DNA of 10,474 nt from Candidatus Scalinduaceae bacterium (GCA_046759445.1 JBHICG010000096.1:1-10474), one strand, 5' to 3'. Positions 1 to 6,658 are shown, numbered from the stretch's first letter. Notes: generated from the sequence alone by a model not told the origin. A program made the numbers and translations.

Positions 1-434
1 TGAAGATAGAGTTCCCGAAGGTTCCATTCACAAAGGATTTTAAACTTTTTCAAAAGATGTCTGATTTGGGAAAAGAGCTTACTGAACTACACCTGTTAAA
101 ATCAAAGTCATTAAACAATCCGATATCAAAATTTCAAGGTGAGGGCACAAACATCGTCGAAAAACTGAAATATAACGAGAAGGAGAAGAAAGTTGTCATT
201 AATAAGAACCGATATTTTGAAGGGGTTGAAAAAGAAATCTGGGAATATCAAATTGGTGGTTATCAAGTGCTGGATAAATGGCTGAAAGACAGGAAAGGCA
301 GAAGGCTAACCCTCGACGACATTCGCCATTACTGTAAGGTAGTAACTGCCCTGAAAAAGACAATAGAAATTCAGAAGAAAATTGACAAACTTTATCCACA
401 AGTAGAGAAGAGATTGATTGAATTTGAGCACTAA
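1..434 (+). CDS. C-terminal fragment of a type ISP restriction-modification enzyme (specificity domain); 5'-truncated by the window
   Basis: The frame of ORF 57..434 is open back to position 3 (KIEFPKVPFTKDFKLFQKM...). KIEFPKVPF, GKELTELHL and VEKEIWEYQIGGYQVLDKWLKDRKGR match the LlaBIII-like type ISP C-terminal domain. Confidence 0.85.
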   Translation, partial: KIEFPKVPFTKDFKLFQKMSDLGKELTELHLLKSKSLNNPISKFQGEGTNIVEKLKYNEKEKKVVINKNRYFEGVEKEIWEYQIGGYQVLDKWLKDRKGRRLTLDDIRHYCKVVTALKKTIEIQKKIDKLYPQVEKRLIEFEH

Positions 435-1089
435 TATAAACAAAATTTCTGATTCATCACGCCAGAGAAGGATTGGAATACTTGGTGGCACCTTTAATCC
501 AATTCATGTTGGGCATTTGATTATGGCAGAAGAGGTTTGTAAACACCACCAATTATCAAAGGTTCTCTTTGTGCCCGCATACATACCCCCTCATAAATCA
601 GTTGTAGATTTAGCTGATGCTCACCATCGCTATCAGATGGCCAAAGAGGCGATTAGGGGAAATGAAAAATTTGAAGTATCTGACTTTGAAATAAAACGTG
701 AAGTGAAATCATATACTATAGATACTGTACAGGATCTTTTGAAATTATATGGTAAAGATTCTGATGTTTTTTTGATTATGGGTGCCGATTCCTTAAATGA
801 GCTTGAATTATGGAAGGACATTAAGAAACTTTCGGAACTATGTCATTTTGTTATCGTAAACAGACCCGGATTCTCAACTGATGTATCAAGTAATCTCGCT
901 GATATCATTGGTAAGGATAAGATGTCGGATATAGAGAGATTGAAGGTAGAGATTAAGCCTGTTGGTATATCATCTACGGATATTAGAAAAAGGTTAAAGG
1001 AGGGAGTTGACATAAGTAATCTTGTACCTTCGTGTGTTGAGGCATATATAAGAGAGCATGGTTTATACTCATGTTGTGAGGTCAAATAA
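418..1089 (+). CDS. nadD: Nicotinate-nucleotide adenylyltransferase
   Basis: IGILGGTFNPIHVGH (HxGH), PPHK, SYTIDT, IMGADS, ISSTDIR and YIREHGLY motifs. TTG start is uncertain; overlaps the upstream gene by 17 nt. Confidence 0.95.
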   Translation: MNLSTNINKISDSSRQRRIGILGGTFNPIHVGHLIMAEEVCKHHQLSKVLFVPAYIPPHKSVVDLADAHHRYQMAKEAIRGNEKFEVSDFEIKREVKSYTIDTVQDLLKLYGKDSDVFLIMGADSLNELELWKDIKKLSELCHFVIVNRPGFSTDVSSNLADIIGKDKMSDIERLKVEIKPVGISSTDIRKRLKEGVDISNLVPSCVEAYIREHGLYSCCEVK

Positions 1090-1103
1090 ACTTTAGAATT
1101 TAC

Positions 1104-1130
1104 CACGGAAATACACGGAATATCACAGAA
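1104..1130. repeat. Three CAC(G/A)GAA units at a 10-bp period
   Basis: CACGGAA 1104-1110, CACGGAA 1114-1120, CACAGAA 1124-1130, just after the nadD stop. Confidence 0.6.
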
Positions 1131-1229
1131 AACAATAGGCAAAAACAATCATTAAAGATTAAGAAATGTTATCCTTTATTTAATTCCTGCACTTACAGAC
1201 TGTACCATAATTATAAAAACTCATTTAAT

Positions 1230-1338
1230 GTCATCTCTGAACCCTTCGCCTAAGGCAATCTCCGATTGCACAGTCATCTCTGAGCCACAGGCGAAGAATC
1301 TTGTACTTCCGGCTCAGGATAAAATCCATGAATAATCT
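1230..1338. repeat. Nested REP-like element (GTCAT..CTGA...GAAGAATCT family)
   Basis: GTCATCTCTGA at 1230-1240 and 1273-1283. Inner unit ends GCGAAGAATCT (1301); outer unit ends GCTCAGGATAAAATCCATGAATAATCT (1338). Small hairpin GCAATC-tcc-GATTGC at 1255-1269. Same family as 7346-7512. Confidence 0.7.
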
Positions 1339-1371
1339 AATATTTACAATAGGTTACGAAATCAGGATTTT

Positions 1372-1435
1372 CTTGATTTCCATAATATAATTTACTAACA
1401 TCAAAACACGGAAAGTACAATAGTTAATTTTCCAT
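1372..1435 (+). repeat. 64-bp direct repeat, copy 1 (upstream of HEPN-MNT)
   Basis: 62/64 identical to 2270-2333 by manual alignment. Confidence 0.95.
1373..1401 (+). promoter_or_regulatory. Putative sigma70 promoter for HEPN-MNT
   Basis: TTGATT (1373-1378), 17-nt spacer, TAACAT (1396-1401); 60 nt upstream of ATG 1462. Confidence 0.55.
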
Positions 1436-1461
1436 ATTATTACATATGATATTAGAATAGA

Positions 1462-1854
1462 ATGGAAAAGGCAGATTTAATTAAGTATTGGATTGATAGT
1501 TCTGATCGAGATTTTACAACCATGGAGCATTTATTCGAAAAAGAAGACTATCATTGGGCTTTATTTATTGGCCACCTGGTTGTTGAAAAATTGCTAAAAG
1601 CATATTTCGTCCAAAATATTGACAACCAACCTCCACCTATGCATAATTTATTACGTCTCGCAGAGAAGGCAAATTTACAATTAAGTGAAGCACAAAAAGA
1701 TATTCTCGTAACAGTTACCACTTTTAATATTCAGGCAAGATATGATGATTATAAATTGGCCTTTTATAAAACCTGTACAAAAGAATATACAGAAAAATGG
1801 ATAAATGAAATAATTGGGTTAAGGAAATGGATCAAAAAACTGCTATCGAAATAG
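1462..1854 (+). CDS. HEPN domain protein
   Basis: 130 aa; YHWALFIGHLVVEKLLKA, PPMHNLLRLAE and ARY motifs typical of stand-alone HEPN proteins paired with MNT. Confidence 0.88.
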   Translation: MEKADLIKYWIDSSDRDFTTMEHLFEKEDYHWALFIGHLVVEKLLKAYFVQNIDNQPPPMHNLLRLAEKANLQLSEAQKDILVTVTTFNIQARYDDYKLAFYKTCTKEYTEKWINEIIGLRKWIKKLLSK

Positions 1855-2135
1855 TAAATAGATATATTAACTATTTAAAGAATAATAAATTCAATGTCCA
1901 AAAAGCCTATTTATTTGGTTCATATGTTAATGAACAATATAACGAAGACAGCGATATTGATTTGGCTATAGTTATGAACAAGTTGTCAAATAGTTTCACT
2001 ACACAAGTTGAATTGATGAAAATAAGTCGAAAATTTGACACAAGAATTGAACCTCATCCATTTGAAGAATCAGATTTCAATACAACTAATCCATTTGCAA
2101 ATGAAATTCTTAATAAAGGGATCCGGATTGCTTAA
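1827..2135 (+). CDS. Minimal nucleotidyltransferase (MNT) domain protein
   Basis: AYLFGSY...EDSDIDLAIV (GSx10DxD); 102 aa; overlaps the HEPN gene. Confidence 0.92.
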   Translation: MDQKTAIEIVNRYINYLKNNKFNVQKAYLFGSYVNEQYNEDSDIDLAIVMNKLSNSFTTQVELMKISRKFDTRIEPHPFEESDFNTTNPFANEILNKGIRIA

Positions 2136-2269
2136 TCATTTCAAGGAAAACGATGAAAAAGAATATAACTCGTCAAAAAGAAATCAGGATAAATTTTATA
2201 AACTAAATGTAAAGCATAATACCCCAACCATGACCTAAGTCTTAAATTAGTCTTAGGTCTGAACCTATC

Positions 2270-2333
2270 CTTGATTTCCATAATATAATTCACTAACATC
2301 AAAACACGGAAAATACAATAGTTAATTTTCCAT
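2270..2333 (+). repeat. 64-bp direct repeat, copy 2, carrying the same putative promoter and pointing into the cassette array
   Basis: 62/64 identical to 1372-1435; TTGATT 2271-2276, 17 nt, TAACAT 2294-2299. Confidence 0.9.
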
Positions 2334-2417
2334 GTTTCTATATTTAATATAAGAATAGGTGGAATTTTTTCGGTTATATAAAGGCAATATATAGAAAATT
2401 TTCCATTTATTGGCAAT

Positions 2418-2490
2418 GATAAGCTGACCGCGAGCTCCGCTCTTGGTCAGCTTATCGGGGCTGTTGAGTGCTGCGCACTCCCCGTTAGGA
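2418..2490 (+). other. Degenerate attC-like site at the start of the first cassette
   Basis: GC-rich hairpins GATAAGCTGACC (2418-2429)/GGTCAGCTTATC (2445-2456) and GAGTGC/GCACTC, ending in core GTTAGGA (2484-2490) 13 nt before the HNH ATG. No intact RYYYAAC on the left. Confidence 0.55.
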
Positions 2491-2503
2491 ATTCATTTTA
2501 AAT

Positions 2504-3304
2504 ATGAGTAAAATCACAAAATGGCGAATGTCGTTCAGGGTTGGGAACCAAGGCCCTAAAATGTGGCCTTATTGCATTGATTTGGGCGTTGCTGCGATTA
2601 CGTATTATCCAATCTATGATATTGACCTTTCAAGACACAATAAATTAGAACCAAAAGAAAAGTGGTCTAAGTTATCGCCTTCACAGAAATATAGTCTTGC
2701 TTGTGTTGCCTATGAAATGAAACAAAACGACATTATTTATGTCAAAGAAGGACCCAAAATTGTAGGAAAGGGTACTATTGTCGGCACATATCAATTTGAT
2801 GGTAGCTACCGGATTAAGGACACCAATAATGTTCCTTGGGCACATCAAATACCCGTCGAATGGGAATCGCATTTTCCTGAAGTAGATATTTTGTTAGGAG
2901 CTGAACAATTTACTGTAAGAAAATTAGAAAAAGATCAGATTTTTAAGTTAGAAGATAAAATTAAACATGCCTTGTCGGAATGTGAGCAAATGGAGGCATT
3001 AGAAGGCGAAATATTTCAGGGTGAAGCAAAATTTAGGAGTAGAAATAGACTATTAATTCATGCAAAAAAGAAAAGTTCGGATTATAGATGTGAGGTTTGT
3101 CGCTTTAAGTTCATGGATAAATATGGATTGATTGGGAAAGAACATATAATTGCACACCATATAAATCCTATAGCAAAGCGGTCAGGGCCATCAATAACGA
3201 CTCTTAATGATATTTCTTTAGTCTGTGCAAATTGCCACGCAATGTTACATACTAAGAATCCACCAATTCATCCGAAAGAATTAAAGAAAATACTGAAAAA
3301 TTAA
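2504..3304 (+). CDS. McrA-like HNH endonuclease with an N-terminal putative reader domain (cassette)
   Basis: C-terminal CEVC...IIAHHINPI...DISLVCANCHAMLH zinc-binding HNH. N-terminal MKQNDIIYVKEG...IVGKGTIVGTYQFD resembles PUA/EVE-like domains of modification-dependent restriction enzymes (inference). Confidence 0.85.
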   Translation: MSKITKWRMSFRVGNQGPKMWPYCIDLGVAAITYYPIYDIDLSRHNKLEPKEKWSKLSPSQKYSLACVAYEMKQNDIIYVKEGPKIVGKGTIVGTYQFDGSYRIKDTNNVPWAHQIPVEWESHFPEVDILLGAEQFTVRKLEKDQIFKLEDKIKHALSECEQMEALEGEIFQGEAKFRSRNRLLIHAKKKSSDYRCEVCRFKFMDKYGLIGKEHIIAHHINPIAKRSGPSITTLNDISLVCANCHAMLHTKNPPIHPKELKKILKN

Positions 3305-3310
3305 ACACTT

Positions 3311-3370
3311 TCCTAACAAAAGCCATGCAGTGGAGCGAAAAAGCGCGCCCACTGATGGCGGTCGTTATAT
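3311..3370 (+). other. attC site (60 bp)
   Basis: TCCTAAC (3311-3317)...GTTATAT (3364-3370); arms GCCAT[G]CAGTGG (3322-3333)/CCACTGATGGC (3349-3359) with one extrahelical base; 6 nt after the HNH stop. Confidence 0.9.
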
Positions 3371-3391
3371 CTCAAAAAATAGGAGGCTTTG

Positions 3392-4171
3392 ATGCTTGAG
3401 TATACAAGAGAAGAGCTTACTGAAAAGGATTTAGAAAACAAAATCATAAAACATCCTAGTTTAATAGAAGACGGCCTCCAGTACTTGGAACATCAAAGGC
3501 ATACTAGTTCGGGAAGATTAGATATTTTATTTGTTGATAATAATGGAACAATTACTGTTGCTGAATTAAAAGTGGTCGAAGACCCTCACGTGTTGTTTCA
3601 AGCATTAGATTATTTTGATTTTGTGGCAGAAAAAATTGAAGGCTTCAATAGGATTTATAAGAAACATGGTATTAATGTTGAGCAGTATCCTCGTTTGATG
3701 TTAATAGCTCCAAGCTTTAGCCCTATAATGATTAATAGATGTCGTTGGCTAAACCCAGATATTCAAATTAGTCTGTATGTGTATCAGTACATAACATTTC
3801 CCAAAACAAAAGAAGATACTTTGGTATTCATTCCTCAAGAAATTTCTGTACGCCCAACTGTTCTTAAAAAAGCTCCTGACATAAATAAACTTCTTGGATA
3901 CATCAAGAATAAAAATGTCAGAGATTATGCAAAGCAAATTTTAGATAAAACACAGGCTCTTTCTAGTGATGTTACAATCGATGCATTGCAATGGGGCAAA
4001 TCTGTAAAGTATAAAGGATCAGTACTTTATTATTGGGAGCCACGTAAAGCTTGCATAAGAATATCTATCACGAATGAAGATGGAAATTGGGAAGGAGTAA
4101 ATGTCGAAAAAGAAGATGACTATATTGAGGCTATGAATTTGATAAAAAAGAACATAGGAAAATATGAATAA
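3392..4171 (+). CDS. NucS/DUF91-like PD-(D/E)XK endonuclease with a C-terminal accessory domain (cassette)
   Basis: EKDLE...HPSLIEDGL...GRLDILFVD...VAELK...QALDY motifs. RBS AGGAGG at 3381-3386 favours ATG 3392 over TTG 3389. Confidence 0.8.
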   Translation: MLEYTREELTEKDLENKIIKHPSLIEDGLQYLEHQRHTSSGRLDILFVDNNGTITVAELKVVEDPHVLFQALDYFDFVAEKIEGFNRIYKKHGINVEQYPRLMLIAPSFSPIMINRCRWLNPDIQISLYVYQYITFPKTKEDTLVFIPQEISVRPTVLKKAPDINKLLGYIKNKNVRDYAKQILDKTQALSSDVTIDALQWGKSVKYKGSVLYYWEPRKACIRISITNEDGNWEGVNVEKEDDYIEAMNLIKKNIGKYE

Positions 4172-4172
4172 G

Positions 4173-4196
4173 GATATAACAAAAATATGGACTTGA
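4173..4196 (+). other. Left half of a truncated attC site
   Basis: GATATAAC (4173-4180) directly after the stop is the exact reverse complement of the cassette start GTTATATC (3364-3371). It is followed by L''-like AAAAATATGGACTTGA; no right arm with a GTT core was found. Confidence 0.65.
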
Positions 4197-4257
4197 AATT
4201 TGGGAGACACCATACTTATTAATGGACTTATGAGAATACAAAAGCTGAAATTTCAGT

Positions 4258-4412
4258 ATGCTAATAAATTGTCTGAGTAACTGTACTAAATGTTTCACAT
4301 CATATAACCCAATGGGGAAACCGTAGACAAAGACGCTTTTTAATAATGATATTTTTTTAGCCCGTCTTGAGAAATCTATAGGGAGGTTCTCAAACCTAAA
4401 AAACCAGTGCGA
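4258..4412 (+). pseudogene. Internally deleted, frameshifted REP-associated tyrosine transposase (RAYT / Y1 HUH) relic
   Basis: Manual translation: IV*VTVLNVSHHITQWGNRRQ (4268-4330) resembles the RAYT N-terminus (IARVVVP..PHHITQRGNRRQ). After a frameshift, KTLFNNDIFLARLEKSIGR (to 4386); after another, LKPKKPVR (4389-4412), resembling the RAYT C-terminus. The catalytic core is absent. Confidence 0.75.
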
Positions 4413-4533
4413 AGCCCCATGAAGAATAAAAAAATAGGTAAAAGGGAAAAGGGGTCAAGTCCATTCTTGACTACATATAAATTTTATCCTTTTATAGGGA
4501 CGTTTGGGAACGTTCATTAAAAACATAAAAATA

Positions 4534-4653
4534 GCCTAACGTATCAAGCTAACCACCAGATTATTTTGCGTTTGAAGTTTATAAAGGTTTCCATATGGCA
4601 CAACGATGCTATAAATCCGCACAGGTGGTGGTAGCTTATACAAAACGTTAGGC
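4534..4653 (+). other. attC site (120 bp) with shortened left spacer
   Basis: GCCTAAC (4534-4540)...GTTAGGC (4647-4653); arms GTAT[C]AAGCT[A]ACCACC / GGTGGTAGCTTATAC with two extrahelical bases. Confidence 0.8.
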
Positions 4654-4664
4654 CGTGTGAGTGA

Positions 4665-5603
4665 GTGGCTTTGATGTTGCACTATGATTTCAAACGAGGG
4701 AAGCTCGTCTGCACTGATCAGGAGATGTTTTCGTATCTGAAACAGATATATAGACATCAGAGATATCTGGCGAAAGCCTCTAATGAGGCTTTATTCGCAA
4801 GGTTAGACGGGCTCGTAATAAACCTGATGGAACTGCGCTTCAACGGAGAAATGGAACTTAATATCAAGAACGGAAAGGAAGCGCTCTCTCTGATCGATCT
4901 ATTTGAAGAGTTCAATCTTCGTGGAATCGAATATACATCGCTATTGGAATCCTCCCTCAGAAGATTTGATGGTCATGCACAATATATGAACGCTTCGGGA
5001 ATAGAAGATCAGCTAAGGGTTTGCGCAGGTAAGCAGTGCTTATTCAAGTTCACAAAAAGAAAGCATCTCGATTCGCTTAAAAGAGGTGAAGTGCGTTTTA
5101 AATTGGCCTCGGCATATAATGATGCCGGCTTTAATATCGCTATTCGTGATGATGAGCTAAATGTCGAGCATCAGCTTTTGAATTCTAGAATTGTCTTGGA
5201 GGATGGGTTGGAAGTGCCTATCAACGATGACTTAATAAGGCGGAGTGCGTTTGGCGATTATTACGTTGCTTGCTTCTCAGCGGCCATCGATCCAAAGTTG
5301 TTTCTCATGTTTGATGCTGATGTCTGCTTTATCATTAGGAATGGCGAAGAGTTCTCGAAAGAGGTAATTAAAAACTACCGCGCACAATATGAGCATGAAA
5401 AGATATTGTTTGGAGGCGTAGGCTACATTGACCCTTATAGGGAAATAAAATCAGAAAAGCCGATCGAGTTTCTGAAAATATTCGACTTCTCGTATGAGAG
5501 TGAATTCCGGTTTGTGGCGTTTGATGAGGTGGGGAATAAAGAAAAAGTTCGAAAGATCAGCATCGACATAAACAAGATTGATTACGACATAGTGATAATG
5601 TAG
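4665..5603 (+). CDS. Hypothetical protein, 312 aa (cassette); C-terminal half weakly DUF2971-like
   Basis: Long ORF filling the interval between two attC sites, visibly more GC-rich than its neighbours. Motifs LFKF..., YYVACFS and FLK..DFSYESEFRF. Start uncertain (GTG 4665 or ATG 4674). Confidence 0.75.
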   Translation: MALMLHYDFKRGKLVCTDQEMFSYLKQIYRHQRYLAKASNEALFARLDGLVINLMELRFNGEMELNIKNGKEALSLIDLFEEFNLRGIEYTSLLESSLRRFDGHAQYMNASGIEDQLRVCAGKQCLFKFTKRKHLDSLKRGEVRFKLASAYNDAGFNIAIRDDELNVEHQLLNSRIVLEDGLEVPINDDLIRRSAFGDYYVACFSAAIDPKLFLMFDADVCFIIRNGEEFSKEVIKNYRAQYEHEKILFGGVGYIDPYREIKSEKPIEFLKIFDFSYESEFRFVAFDEVGNKEKVRKISIDINKIDYDIVIM

Positions 5604-5615
5604 AAACATGGATTT

Positions 5616-5687
5616 GCCTAACAGCTACAACCGAACCGTCTTTCCCGCTGGTGCTCCAAAGCCGGCCGGTTAAGCTGAACGTTAGAG
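5616..5687 (+). other. attC site (72 bp) with shortened left spacer; last site of the array
   Basis: GCCTAAC (5616-5622)...GTTAGAG (5681-5687); arms AGCTA[C]AACCG..CCG / CGGCCGGTTAAGCT; 12 nt after the ORF stop. Confidence 0.8.
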
Positions 5688-5693
5688 AAATCA

Positions 5694-6476
5694 TTAAAAT
5701 CTTTCTAAGAATTCTTTACCTTTCTTAATACTTTCAATAGGTTGTTGAGTTGTCTTAGAATTGATGACGTAAAATCCATAATATCCTATTGATTCAAGCG
5801 TTGATGTGAATTCTTGAACTGGCACTATTCCTTCTCCGATTGGGACTTCTATGTATCGTCCTTCACCCGTTTGCCTTGTATCCCAGAGGTTAGTATGAAC
5901 TATATATTCGTGTAATTCATAGATGCCCTTAATCGGGTCTAAATTATTTGTCATAAGTGAGGCAGGGTCATAGATTAATTTAATTCCCTGGGTTTCTAGT
6001 GATTCTAAAAATTTTTTCAGCTTTGAGTAATCATCATATGTAACTTTTGCAGCAAGCCTGCAACCATAGTTCTCGGCATGCCTACCAATATCATTGAGCG
6101 CCGTACTTATGGCATGCGAGTGTGTAGAATCAGTGTCAGTGGGTATATTGCCTATTTGAATAGTAATAATATTAGTTTGTAGGTCTAATGCCAGATTTAT
6201 GATTTCTTTTGTTCTTTTGATAAGAAAGTCAAATTCGTTTTCGTTGACAAAGCCTGCACCCAGCTCTCCACTCAGGGCACAGAGACGTAATCTGTTTATG
6301 TCTATGATGCGCTTAAGCTCCCGACGACCTGTTTGGGACAGGTCTTCTGGGGTTAATCCTCTTTTTGTTGCATTGATTTGAACACCCTTAAATCCCAGTA
6401 CAGAGGCAGTTTTGATGCCTTCTTTAATTCTTAATCTAAGAGATTCAAGTGCAATACCTATCCTTTGTTTTATCAT
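5694..6476 (-). CDS. Sugar-phosphate isomerase/epimerase family (xylose isomerase-like TIM barrel) protein
   Basis: A..LGFKGVQI, LIYDPASL, HTNLWD, EVPIGEGIVP and IGYYG patterns. Start reassigned to ATG 6476 because AAGGAG (complement of 6484-6489) lies 7 nt upstream. Confidence 0.85.
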   Translation of the reverse strand: MIKQRIGIALESLRLRIKEGIKTASVLGFKGVQINATKRGLTPEDLSQTGRRELKRIIDINRLRLCALSGELGAGFVNENEFDFLIKRTKEIINLALDLQTNIITIQIGNIPTDTDSTHSHAISTALNDIGRHAENYGCRLAAKVTYDDYSKLKKFLESLETQGIKLIYDPASLMTNNLDPIKGIYELHEYIVHTNLWDTRQTGEGRYIEVPIGEGIVPVQEFTSTLESIGYYGFYVINSKTTQQPIESIKKGKEFLERF

Positions 6477-6491
6477 ATCATTACTCCTTTC

Positions 6492-6644
6492 ACCGCAGAG
6501 ATCGCTGAGAACGGGGAGATTATCAAGCAAAAAATATCAAAAAGTATATTGCAAATTAATAGTATAATGATTTATTATGTTTGTTTTACCCATTATGTTT
6601 CATAGCAATTTCTGATTTAATTTCTTCTCTGTGTCCTCTGTGGT
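6492..6644. repeat. Imperfect inverted REP-like pair (ACCACAGAG..CACAGAG type) in the divergent intergenic region
   Basis: ACCGCAGAGATCGCTGAGA (6492-6510) versus the reverse complement of 6626-6644, ACCACAGAGGACACAGAGA: 14/19 identical. Confidence 0.6.
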
Positions 6645-6658
6645 AATCTATTACAAAA

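Larger units (their letters stand above)
2484..5687 (+). mobile_element. Integron gene-cassette array with no integrase in the window (CALIN-like)
   Basis: Co-oriented single ORFs with very short leaders, separated by attC-like palindromes. The left GTT core of each cassette is complementary to its own right AAC core. Confidence 0.85.

Noticed and set aside
199..1148. Minus-strand ORFs 199-399, 306-491, 633-821 and 843-1148
   Set aside because: Antisense shadows of the type ISP gene and nadD, with no recognisable motifs.
2232..2259. Inverted repeat GACCTAAG/CTTAGGTC as a terminator for HEPN-MNT
   Set aside because: The hairpin is real but has no U-tract; its function cannot be assigned.
1104..2333. 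CRISPR array
   Set aside because: The repeats are either 7-mers in tandem or two copies ~900 bp apart; no repeat-spacer periodicity and no cas genes.
2035..2416. ORFs 2035-2238 (+) and 2141-2416 (-)
   Set aside because: They overlap MNT or the duplicated promoter block, are low-complexity AT-rich translations, and have no motifs.
2334..2484. attI site or intI remnant upstream of the array
   Set aside because: No tyrosine-recombinase-like ORF or fragment was recognised, and the region before the first GTT core is palindromic (attC-like) rather than attI-like.
2681..4757. Minus-strand ORFs 2681-2872, 3749-3937, 4019-4213 and 4536-4757
   Set aside because: Antisense to cassette genes or running through an attC site.
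6477..6530. N-terminal extension MLDNLPVLSDLCGERSND of the epimerase ORF
   Set aside because: It is translated REP-like repeat; a strong RBS supports ATG 6476.
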